A stretch of 64,000 bases of DNA from Lingula anatina (lineage: Eukaryota > Animalia > Brachiopoda), in the NCBI GenBank assembly GCA_051362555.1, contig CM120646.1:9238001-9302000 (forward strand). The letters run 5' to 3'. Under the pieces are notes generated by a model. It saw only the letters and a program-made list of their open reading frames with translations, had not been told where the DNA came from and made no database searches. Positions 39,670 to 51,124 of the stretch are shown piece by piece; the first letter of the stretch is position 1; each line of letters begins with the position of its first letter. The translations under genes were made by a program, and so were the position numbers.

Positions 39670-40473
39670 ATAATAATAATAATAATAATTTTATTGAGCA
39701 CTAAAATGTTTCAGTACATTTTGCAGGCCCTCTAAACTACTTGTATATATATATATATATACATTAAGTACAATCTAGACCTATTATCACAATAAAAATA
39801 AATAAATAGATAATAACAATAATAATAATAATAGTAATAATAATAAGATAAAAATACCTATATTACATAATGACAATTACATTGTTCTGTATTGCGGTAG
39901 ACTTGCTCATTATTATTGACAGGCTAGTCTTTTTTTAAATGTTTGTTGGATGAAGTGACACACGGTTTTTAGGGAGTGTTCACTTTGAGGATTGAGAAGC
40001 CAGGCAAGTTTTTCTAAATCAGATGACATTTGCGGCGGTATCATTTTTATCATTTTTTCTCTTTCATTCACATGCTCATTACATTTAAGTAGGAAATGCA
40101 CTTCTGTTTCAACATCATTGCAATGTGGACATATTCGGTTTTCTACTGGTTTTTTGGGTTTTGTGTATCGCCCTCTTTCAATTTCTAGGTCATGGTCGCT
40201 GATTCGAAATTTTGCAAGTGTTTTTATTTCATTTAGAGGGACTTTCATTGTGAGATAATTTTCTGGAGTGTAGGATTTCTTTATTGCTTTATAAGTTCTT
40301 AGTTTGCTTTTATTGTCACTGTGCAGATCGGTCCAAAAAAGTTCTTCAATTTTTTTAATAACATTTGCTTGAAGTATATTTGGGTCTACAGTGTTTAGAT
40401 CTGTTGACAGTCCCCAGAGGTCTATAAACGTTTTTAGAGAGCTTGACCAGCTAGGCCCTTTTAAATGGATTTT
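39670..40473 (-). mobile_element. 5'-truncated LINE 3' end (RTE-X/CR1-like), inserted in satellite
   Basis: KLRTYKAIK...ENYL...LAKFRISDHDLEIERGRY...RICPHC..VETEVHFLLKC is homologous to the C-terminus of ORF2 at 19999-21105 but clearly a different family. 3' UTR ends in AATAAA plus an (ATT)n tail at ~39670-39695. Confidence 0.88.
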
Positions 40474-43400
40474 AAAAAAGAGCAACAAAACTGACATATA
40501 CAGTGCTCACAATACATACAAACGCCAACAGAAATACGTAGTGCTGGGAATAAATACATACTCGAACAGTGACAACACAAACATGCACACTAATCAAAAT
40601 AAATACAAACAAACAGTCACAATACAGACTACACAGTGATCACAAAATATTTTGACATGTACAGTGACAAAACCATGCACAGTTACAAGAATGAACACAA
40701 ATAAATTGGGTAATTAAACAGTCATACACAGCAATCTGTGATGTAGTGAAAACAGATATACACAGTGATCAAAATAAATATTTACATGTACATTGACAAT
40801 TGTAATGTGCACCTTAATGACAAAGAACACAAGGAAAGAAAGTGAAAACATAGTCGTACAGGTTCATCACAATATATACAAACTCATTCAGTAACAATAC
40901 AGAATGGACACAGCAAATAATATTAAAGGACACAAAGACATTCATTGACGACACCATTATTCAGCGCAATAGTAATGATTACAAACAAATAAAGTGACAA
41001 AACTGACATGCACAGTGCTCACAATAAATACAAACATCAACATTAATGACACAAACATACACAGTGCTCACAATAAATACTACCATCATCAGTAATGACA
41101 CAAACATACCCAGTGATCATAATAAATACAAACACAAACAATGTCAGCATACACATGCACAGTAATTGATAATGATTACAAACAAATCTGACAAACAGAC
41201 TTACAAAGTGCTGAGAATCAATTGCAGACACAAACAGTAACAGCACAAACATACACAGTGATCAAAATAAATACATGTATGTATATTGACAATTGTAAAA
41301 TGCACCTTAATGACAAAGAACACAAGGAAAGAAATTGAAAACATAGTCGTACACATTCATTACAATAAATACAAATACATACAGTAACAAAACAGAATAG
41401 ACACAGAAAACAGAAGATGACCAGATACAAAGACATACATTGACAACACCATCATGCAGTGCAATAGTAATGATTACAAACAAATAAAGTGACAAAACTG
41501 ACATGCACAGTGCTCACAATAAATACAAACATCAACAGTAAAGACACAAACATACATAGTGATAATAATAAATACAATTTAACACATTCAATGACAGTTT
41601 AAACATGCACAGTAATTGATAATGATTACAAACAAATAGGACAAATATACTTACACAGTGCTCAGAATCATATGCAGACACAAACAGTAACTACACAAAC
41701 ATACACAGTGATCAAAATAAAAATTAACTTGTACATTGACAATTGTAATGTGCACCTTAATATCAAAGAACACAAGGAAAGAAAGTGAAAACATGGCCAT
41801 TCACATTCATCACAATATATACAAACACATTCAGTAACAATATAGAATGGATACAGCAAACACAATATAAACAGACACAAAGACATACATTGACAACACC
41901 ATTATTCAGCACAACAGTAATGATTAGAAACAAATAAAGTGACAATTAAAACTGACATGCAAAGTTCTCACAATAAATACAAACATCAACAGTAATGACA
42001 CAAACATACAGATAATAAATACAAACACAAACAATGACACCATAAACATGCACAGTAATTGATAATGATTACAAACAAATAGGACAAACATACTTACACA
42101 GTGCTCAGAATAGTATGCAGACACAAACAGTAAAAATATAAACATACACACTGATCAACAAAAATATTTATAAGTACATCGACAATTGTAACGTGCCCCG
42201 TAACAACAATGAACACAAGGAAAGAATGTGAAAACATACCCATACACATTCATCACAATATATATACACACACATTCAGTAACAATATAGAATGGACACA
42301 GTAAACACAATATAAACAGACACATAGACATACATTGACAACACCATCATGCAGTGCAATAGCAATGATTACAAACAAATAAAGTGACAAAACTGACATA
42401 CACAGTGCTGACAATAAATACAAACTTGAACAGTGACAACACAAATATGCACAGTAATCAAAATATATACAAACAAACACAGTCACAATACAGACTACAC
42501 GTACAGTGATCACAAAAAAATTTGACATGTACACAAGTGACACAACCATGCACAGTTACCAGAATGAACACAAATTAATGGGGTGATTACACAGTGATAC
42601 ACAGTGATCAGTGATGTAGTGATAACACAGATATACATAGTGATCAAAATAAATATTAAAATGTACAGTGACAACAGTAACGTGCACTGTAATGACAACA
42701 AATACAAGGAAAATGAATGAAAACAGCTGTACACATTCTTCACAATATATACAAACACATTCAGTAACAAAAGTAACAAAACTGACATGCAAAGTGCTCA
42801 CAATAAATACTAACATCATCAGTAATGATTACAAACATACACAGTGATCATAATAAATACAAATTAACACATTCAATGACAGCATAAACATGCACAGTAA
42901 TTGACAATGATTACAAAGAAATAGGACAAGTTAACAGACTTTACACAGTGCCCAGAATCGTATGCAGACACAAACAATACCAACACAAACATACACAGTG
43001 ATCAAAATAAATATTTACATGAACATTGACACTTGTAACATGCCCTGTAATGACAATGAACACAAGGAAAGAAAGTGAAAACATAGCTGTACACATTCAT
43101 CACAATATATACAAACACATTCAGTAACAATATAGAATGGACACAGCAAACACAATATAAACAGACACATAGACATACATTAACAACACCATCATTCAGC
43201 GCAATAGTAATGATAAGAAATAAATTGAGCGACAAACTGAAATACGTAGTGCTGAGAATAAATACATACTCGACAGCACAAACATGCACACTAATCAAAT
43301 TAAATACAAACAAACACAGTCACAATACAGACTACACAGTGATCACAAAGAATTTTGACATGTTCAGTGAAAAAACCATGCACAGTTACCAGAATGAACA

Positions 43401-43876
43401 CAAATAAATTGGGTAATTAAACAGTCATACACAGCAATCAGTGATGTAGTGAAAACAGATATACACAGTGATCAAAATAGATATTTTCATGTACATTGAA
43501 AATTGTAACGTGCACCTTAATGACAAAGAACACAAGGAAAGAAAGTGAAAACATAGTCGTACAGGATCATCACAATATATACAAACTCATTCAGTAACAA
43601 TACAGAATGGACACAGCAAATAATATGAACAGACACAAAGACATACATTGACAACACCATCATGCAGTGCAATAGTAATGATTACAAACAAATAAAGTGA
43701 CAAAACTGACATGCACGGTGCTCACAATAAATACAAACATCAACAGTAATGACACAAACATACAGATAATTAATACAAACACAAACAATGACACCATAAA
43801 CATGCACAGTAATTGATATTGATTACAAACAAATAAGAAAAACATACTTACACAGTGCTCAGAATCATATGCAGAT
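40474..43876 (-). repeat. Inverted satellite array (continuation)
   Basis: Same CA-rich monomer set as 32.4-39.6 kb. Confidence 0.93.
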
Positions 43877-44801
43877 AACTACAATTAAGATAATTAATTG
43901 TATTTATGTAGGAAATGGTTTGTTTTTAGTGGTGGTAATAGCTTTGTTGGTTATCCATCTACGCTTTGTTTATAGGAAGTAGTCTGGGTTTAGGTCTTGT
44001 GTCTGCACATTTTGATCTTAAGTAGTTGACCAAGGCAAGGTGATAACAGATGTCCAGGGTCAAATTGTCTTAGCTGCTGTGTATCTAGGCACACAGTTAA
44101 TTTTAGATGAGTTTTAGGAAACTACTTCTTGCGAGCTGCATCAGCGAGAAGTCATTCAGCCTTTTAGCTGCGATGATATGTACACGCAATTTCAGCAGCT
44201 TCACAGTATTATAATTTCTTGCGTTTCTTTATTTTAATTTTACATTGGTTACCAGCCATCAACTTTTGTGATTTCAAGATTTGGGGACGGCCAGTTTCTT
44301 GATACTTGGTGACTGTATTTTCTTCGGATATTATTCCGTTTTTCCCAGCCACCAGTTTGTTTATCAAGTTTCGGCGACGGCTGTTTCCTTTTATTTGGGA
44401 GACTTCAACTTCAAGTTCTTGGATCATACACAGGCCAGTAATTTTATATTATCTTCATTTTCCCCTTATTCACGTGTTCTAATAATCAGATTTATAGTCT
44501 GTCATGTGTTGCAGTTGTTAATTAATTTGTTTAGATGTCACTTTATCGTGTTATTCTTCAAATTTTGTTTTCTTCTTTGTGTGTAGCTATTTTATTCATG
44601 TTGATATTCTTACCGGGCCAGGAATTCCGCTGTTTTTACATTTTCGGCTGTCGTTGACATGCCGTAATCTATACGTTTCTGTCTTCATATTGTTTCCATG
44701 TCCGCATTACCAGGTGCCGTATTTTTATGTACAGACACAGACACAGATGTGTCTGTACATATAGCCCTCATCTGCGTCTGTCGTCGCCGTCGTGCACTTT
44801 T

Positions 44802-45270
44802 ACCGATAACACGATAAGTGGAACACCGTTTTTGCTTTTGGCTTGAAACTTACAGAACTGGTGAATATTCCTAATACGCAGGTCAAGTTCGAAAATCAGC
44901 ATGATCGGGCCATTTTTAGGGAAGTTATGCTGTTTTTTCACTTTTTTCAGCATATATGCAGCACCGATAACACGATAAGTGGAAAACCATTTTACTTTTT
45001 GGCTTGAAACTTACAAAACCGATGAATATTCATAATCCGCAGGTCAAGTTCGAAAATCAGCATGATCGGGTCATTTTTAGGGAAGTTACGCTGTTTTTTT
45101 CACTTTTCTCAGCATATATGCAACATCCATAACACGATAAGTGAAATAACATTTTACCTTTTGGCTTGAAACTAACAGAACTGATGGATATTTATAATAC
45201 GCAGGTCAAGTTCAAAAATCAGCATGATCGGGCCTTTATTTGAGAAGTTATGCTGTTTTTTCACATTTCC
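44802..45270 (+). repeat. ~161-bp tandem repeat x3 (HINE core repeats)
   Basis: ACCGATAACACGATAAGTGG...TTGGCTTGAAACTTACAGAA...GCAGGTCAAGTTCGAAAATCAGCATGATCGGG starting at 44802, 44963 and ~45125. Confidence 0.9.
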
Positions 45271-45659
45271 TCCGATTCAATTATTAGGCATGTTAACAGT
45301 CTCATTATTTAACTAATAAGATACGTAAAAGTGTTTGTTTGATATTTCCTGCATCTTTACAACATTGTTAATTGATTTTGTAAAAATGATGGTAAACTTG
45401 TTATCGTGTATTGTGTAATAAAGTGTCAAAAATGGTAATAAACTCATCATTGCAGTTTGTCAGATTCAATCATCCACTATGTTCAGAATCTCAGAATGGA
45501 GGAAATTGGACATTAAACACTGTTCTATTGATATTTTTCCCATCTCATCAATTTTCTTAGTTGGTCATATAAAAATGGCAACAAACTGTTTATTTTGTTT
45601 TATGTTAAAAAAATGTTAAAAATGGAAATAACCCTATTTCAGAACAGTGCTGTCTTGTT

Positions 45660-47200
45660 TACATTTTGGCATTTTTAAGATGTGACTTTGAAGTTTCATG
45701 AGCCTGCAGACCTTTGCTAATCACATTTTCTGAATATTCATGATACTAATATTTTATGATTAAAAATTGATGGTCATTATGCTGTTAAACATTATGTAAT
45801 ATTGCATCAAAACTTGAAGAAACCCCTATTTTGGGCACTGCTCCCATGATGACCATTTAAGAAAAACCATGTCACTTACTGTTTTCAAACTTACAGGAAA
45901 GAAACATAGGGCTAAAATACAGCTTCAGTAGGCAATGCAGTCTGTTTGGTAATTTTTTTCTGGCAGTTAAACAGTTTTTTGTGAAAATTTAATTTTTTAC
46001 ATATTGGCATTTTCAAGGTGTGACTTTGAAGTTCCATGAGCCTGCAGACCTTTGCTAGTCACGTTTTCTGAATGTTCATGTTACTAATATTCTATTATTA
46101 AAAATTGATGGTCATTATGCTGTTAAACATTATGTAATATTGCATCAAAATTTGAAGAAACCCCTATTTTGGGCACTGCTCCCATGATGACCATTTACAA
46201 AAACCATGTCACTTACTGTTTTCAAACTTACAGGAAAGAAACATGGGGCTAAAATACAGCTTCAGTAGGCAATGCAGTCTGTTTGGTAATTTTTTCTGGC
46301 AGTTAAACAGTTTTTTGTGAAAATTTAATTTTTCACTTATTGGCATTTTCAAGGTGTGACTTTGAAGTTCCATGATCCCGAAGACCTTTGCTTGTCATGT
46401 TTTCTGAATGTCCATGTTACTAATATTCTATTATTAAAAATTGATGGTCATTATGCTGTTAAACATTATGTAATATTGCATCAAAATAGAAGAAAACACA
46501 ATTTTTGGTGCTGCTGCTATGATGACCATTATGGGAAAACCGTGTTATGACTGTCAAACCTTTAAAAAAGAAACACAGGACTAAAATGCAGAATGAGTTG
46601 GAAAAGCAGTCTAATTGGCTTCTTTTTCTGGAAGTTATACATTTGAGTGAAATATTCATTATCTTTTTGGCATATTCATTGTGGGACTCGGAGCTCCCAT
46701 GGACATGAAGCCGAATGGTAATCAAATTTTCTACATGTCAATGCTATTTATTGTCAATAATCAAAGATTGGTGATAATTATTCTATAATTTATTATGTAA
46801 TGTTACATCAAAATTGACAACAATATTTTTGCATTGCTACTGCAAACATTATGAAAAGAAAACTGTGTTACTTATTATTATTTTTAACTTACAAGTATGA
46901 TTTTTAGGATTGGCATGCAGTTCAAATTAGAAAGCCAGGTCAATTGGGTTATCATTTATTATTGAATTTATGCAATTTTGTGTGAAATTTTCATTTTTCT
47001 CATTCTGGCACTTTCTAAGTATAAACTTGAACTCTGATGGGCCTGAAGCCTTATGCTTTTACTTTCGTCGTTGTTACCTGTTGTGCATAATTAAAATTTG
47101 ATGTTGACTGTGCAGTAAAACATAATGTATTATTGCATCAGAATTGGTAGTCTCCTATTTTGTGCATTATTGTTTTGTGCTTTTCTTAAGATGTGACTTA
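45660..47200 (+). repeat. ~336-bp tandem repeat, ~5 copies (first three well conserved)
   Basis: TGGCATTTT.AAG.TGTGACTTTGAAGTT.CATGA anchor at 45667, 46005 and 46341; degenerate at 46668 and 47006. Confidence 0.85.
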
Positions 47201-47473
47201 TGGGCCTGAAAGACCTTTGAGAGGGTCAGTCTGTTAATATCCCTTGGGTATCACGTAGCTAATTTCTGAGTTATAAAGTAATTTGCCTAATTGATAGGCC
47301 ATTAAAGGAGATTACATAAAGCACACTTGTTGATATTTCCTTGTAAACTCCCAAAAGTTAAGCTCTCTGCTAGATTAATAATAAGGAAGCAGTGATAATT
47401 ATGCAGGTTATTATATATATATATATATATAATCAAAGATTAAAAGTTTGAATGGCAGCTTCATTGAAATTAT

Positions 47474-47698
47474 ATTTACCTCAGGCTCTGCCTAGGAGGT
47501 TATATTTTCACCCCTGTTTGTCTGTCATCAACATAACTCAAAAAGTTATGGACCGATTTTGCTGAAATTTTCAGGAACTGTCAGAATTGGGCCAAAGAGG
47601 ACAATGATTAGTTTTTAGTGGTGGTCTGGCTCAATAATCAACAATAATCAACAATTGCTGCCTTGGCAGAGGTCTGCACTCTCGGTGTTTTTCTAGTT
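47474..47698 (+). mobile_element. Short HINE/Helentron-type MITE
   Basis: TTTACCTC...GCCTAGGAGGTTAT 5' end, TGTTTGTCTGT, ATAACTCAAAAAGTTAT core, and 3' CCTTGGCAGAGGT + GCACTCTCGGTGT hairpin-like motif + TTCTAGTT. Confidence 0.7.
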
Positions 47699-47930
47699 TT
47701 GTTAGGTTTTCCTTTACAATTTTTTCTCAAACACTTGCATTTGTGACTTTTAACTCTCATCCGCTCGAGGCTCTGCACATTTTCTGTATTTCCACATAAG
47801 CAATTGTATTTTTTTTTATGTCTTTTAACATTATATAAAACTATTTTATGCACTGTCATCATTTTTCAAATATTGAGACTTTCATCATGTGACTATAGTC
47901 TCTCATGGTCCTGAAACTGTAATCTTATTG

Positions 47931-48093
47931 AAGGGGTGGATTGAGACCATCTTCTGGGTCTTCTTGAAGACAGGTTATTAAGTTTATATTGACTGGTATC
48001 TATTTTTTTCTGTTGGAAGACCATCAAAATGGAGGATGGATCAACATAGATACTTTGGAATACTGTCAGAAAATATCTCAGGGTCCGCTCCTG
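47931..48093. mobile_element. MITE with 6-bp TSD (older copy)
   Basis: Degenerate TIRs AAGGGGTGGAT / GTCCGCTCCTG; TSD TTATTG at 47925-47930 and 48094-48099; homologous to 50953-51124. Confidence 0.85.
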
Positions 48094-48340
48094 TTATTGA
48101 CCATGTTACCTGTTGTGCATGATTAAAATTCAGTGTTGACTGACAGTGCTATTATAAGCATTATTTATTATTGCATCAAAATTGACAAAATGACCTTTTT
48201 TGCATCTTTATTTTCTGTTTTTTGTCTGTACATTTGACAGCTTTGCTGCCTTGTTATGGGTTTCTGGTCGACTCGGCTACATGCATTTTTGGAGTTGTTA
48301 TGCTCTTTGTTTTGGGTGTACTTCCCAGTTGTTTACTTGT

Positions 48341-48563
48341 TCTGGGTGTATTTCCCAGGTGTTTAATTGTTTGCCTAGTAGTGAGAGCCCTGTGTGGTAT
48401 CTGGTATACTAGGCTCTGGGAGTATTTCCCAGGTGTTTAATTGTTTGCCTAGTAGTGAGAGCCCTGTGTGGTATCTGGTATACTAGGTCCTGGGTGTATT
48501 TCCCAGGTTTTTTAATTGTTTGCCTAGTAGTGAGAGCCCTGTGTGGTATCTGGTATACTAGGT
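48341..48563 (+). repeat. 74-bp tandem repeat x3 upstream of the Ngaro gag
   Basis: TATTTCCCAGGT.TTTAATTGTTTGCCTAGTAGTGAGAGCCCTGTGTGGTATCTGGTATACTAGG at 48349, 48423 and 48497. Confidence 0.92.
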
Positions 48564-48906
48564 TTTTATTTTGGGGAGTTGTTATACTCCTGGTTTTTGG
48601 GGAGTCACCCAGCTGTTTGTGTGTTTGTCTAGTCAATTTTTACCGGATATCCCTGTTTTCACATGCAAGGCTGAGCTGAGGCTGTTGCCTGCTTGGATAT
48701 GCTCTGGCGGCGGACTAGGAAATATAATATTTTTTTTGTTACACTTTTAATAAAACTATGGCTTATGGCATATCTACTCAGGCTATTGGTGGGTATATGC
48801 CGTTTACTTGATTTACCTGGCCCGAAGAATTTTCTTTCTGATTATGTCATATGTACATTCAGTTGCCTTAGTGCGACCTTATTAGTTTCCTTTGTCTTTA
48901 GTTACT

Positions 48907-49830
48907 ATGCCTCCCAAGACCACTGCCGGGAGGAGTAGGCGGCCGAGGATGTCGGGTGTCTCCAATGCGCGCTCAGTTTCCAGCATACGACGACCGGCTG
49001 CGGCATCAACTACTAGAAGCAAGAGGCCGAGACCCACCGCCGCACCTACTACAGAGACGGAATCGACCTCTACTTCACCTGTTATCGACTATGATTTGTT
49101 GGCACAGCGTATTATTGCTCACCAAACTGCATCAAACACAGAGATGTCGAGCGCTTCTTCTTCCGACCCCTCCCTTCAAGAGGCTCATGTTCAACAGCAG
49201 ATACACAGTATCAGTGGTCTGATCGACAATGTTTTCACAGGTGAGAGTCATGTCACTTCAGCTCTACCTGTAGATTTAACTGATGGCATTCCTTTAGGAG
49301 CTTTAATTCCACCCAAATTGAAGCAAAAGATTTGGAACAATGAGTTTATAGATTTCCGGCTCCTTCTTCCCTCCAACCATAATGATGATTTCGCTATCAA
49401 GGTCCAGCAATGAAATTTGAAGTGATCCATATGCCCTCGCAGAAATCGCCGATTACCCTTTACCAATGGACGGATGCCTTTTTTTGTCTTTTCAGCGATT
49501 TTCTTACAAAAATTTCCAAACGAGTCTGTAAACTTACTTAAGTACGGTTCAACTATTAGAGAATTAAGTAAGCTTCCCAATGTAATGCTTGGCGTATTTA
49601 TGATGACGCCTTTCGCAAATTACCAGCAACATCACTGGTCCCGTGGGGAAAAAGTTATCCCCGAGTTACGGTTAAAAGTGGCAACCATGAATGTTTCTCC
49701 CACTTTTCTACGTCCATTTCGTCAAGGCGTCTGTTTTGCCTTTAATCGGGGGGGAAAATGTGTCACTAGTCCATGCAAATATAAGCACTGTTGCCAGCAC
49801 TGCCAGGGATTGCATGGCGGGGATGTGAGC
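48907..49830 (+). pseudogene. Ngaro/DIRS-type gag-like ORF1 with C-terminal zinc-finger cluster, disrupted
   Basis: MPPKT-start, low-complexity basic N-terminus, PLGALIPPKLKQKIWNNEFIDFRLLL, P.E..NLLKY..TIREL, CFAFNRGGKCVTSPCKYKHCCQHCQGLH. Broken by a stop at 49411-49413 and frameshifts. Confidence 0.78.
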
Positions 49831-50533
49831 TTCTCTCACATCTTATGGCCTTTTTATTTTTATTTGTGCCAACTTTTTGCTCCTTAAGCTGTTGTTATTA
49901 CTTATAATTTTCTTCATTAATTTGGTTACACTTATTACACACTTTATTAATTTTGTATTTTGGCACTTGTATAGTTGGGGAGATGTTATATTATCTCCCC
50001 AGTTTTGTAACTACGTATTTTATTAGCTTCGTCATTAATAAATGACAATTATCAATCATATGGACTTTTCTTATTTACTTTGGAGCAAAAACAGAGCTTC
50101 GTTGTGCTTGTTAACATTTGGCTACATGAAACTACAATTAAGATAATTAATTGTATTTATGTAGGAAATGGTTTGTTTTTAGTGGTGGTAATAGCTTTGT
50201 TGGTTATCCATCTACGCTTTGTTTATAGGAAGTAGTCTGGGTTTAGGTCTTGTGTCTGCACATTTTGATCTTAAGTAGTTGACCAAGGCAAGGTGATAAC
50301 AGATGTCCAGGGTCAAATTGTCTTAGCTGCTGTGTATCTAGGCACACAGTTAATTTTAGATGAGTTTTAGGAAACTACTTCTTGCGAGCTGCATCAGCGA
50401 GAAGTCATTCAGCCTTTTAGCTGCGATGATATGTACACACAATTTCAGCAGCTTCACAGTATTATAATTTCTTGCGTTTCTTTATTTTAATTTTACACCC
50501 TCCGCCATCCCCCTGTCACCTGCCTTGTGTTGT

Positions 50534-50536
<3 letters not shown>

Positions 50537-50580
<44 letters not shown>
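50537..50580. repeat. (TA)22 microsatellite
   Basis: Directly visible between repeats A2 and B2. Confidence 0.95.
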
Positions 50581-50589
<9 letters not shown>

Positions 50590-50952
50590 CATTTGTTGAA
50601 GCCTTTGATTTTCATTTATGCCAACCTTTGGCTCTTACAGCTGTTGTTATTTCTTATAATTTGGCCTTTTTATTTTTATTTGTGCCAACTTTTTGCTCCT
50701 TCAGCTGTTGTTATTACTTATAATTTTCTTCATTAATTTGGTTACACTTATTACACACTTTATTAATTTTGTATTATGGCACTTGTATAGGTGGGGAGAT
50801 GTTATATTATCTCCCCAGTTTTGTAACTACGTATTTTATTAGCTTCGTCATTAATAAATGACAATTATAAACATACACAGTGATCAAAATAAAAATTCAC
50901 ATGTACATTGACAATTGTAACAAACGTACCCCATAATGACCACAAATACAAG

Positions 50953-51124
50953 CAGGGGCGGATTTAGGCCGTCTTCTGGGTCTTCTGGAAGACGGTCAGA
51001 TTTTCAAGTTTCCATTGACGGGTGTCTAATTTTTTTTTTCTGTCGGAAGACGGTCAAAAATGGGGGATAAATCAACAAAGATAATTTGGAAGACTGTCAG
51101 AAAATTTCTCTGGATCCGCCCCTG
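50953..51124. mobile_element. MITE with 11-bp TIR and 6-bp TSD (younger copy)
   Basis: CAGGGGCGGAT...ATCCGCCCCTG; TSD TACAAG at 50947-50952 and 51125-51130. Confidence 0.92.

Larger units (their letters stand above)
44722..48255 (+). mobile_element. Helentron-associated non-autonomous element (HINE-like), ~3.5 kb, nested in the Ngaro element
   Basis: Begins in a T-run. 5' subTIR ATGTACAGACA (44727-44737) with an adjacent inverted copy (44748-44761) and a GTC-type microsatellite-like stretch, then internal tandem repeats. 3' subTIR TGTCTGTACAT (48223-48233), hairpin GACAGC-ttt-GCTGCC and TTGTT end. Confidence 0.75.
43877..50868 (+). mobile_element. Internally deleted Ngaro/PAT-type tyrosine-recombinase (DIRS-order) retrotransposon
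   Basis: Split direct repeats in the order A1 (43877-44244), gag, B1 (49846-50052), A2 (50130-50497), B2 (50662-50868). No obvious TSD. Gag-like ORF present; RT, RNase H and YR absent. Confidence 0.82.
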
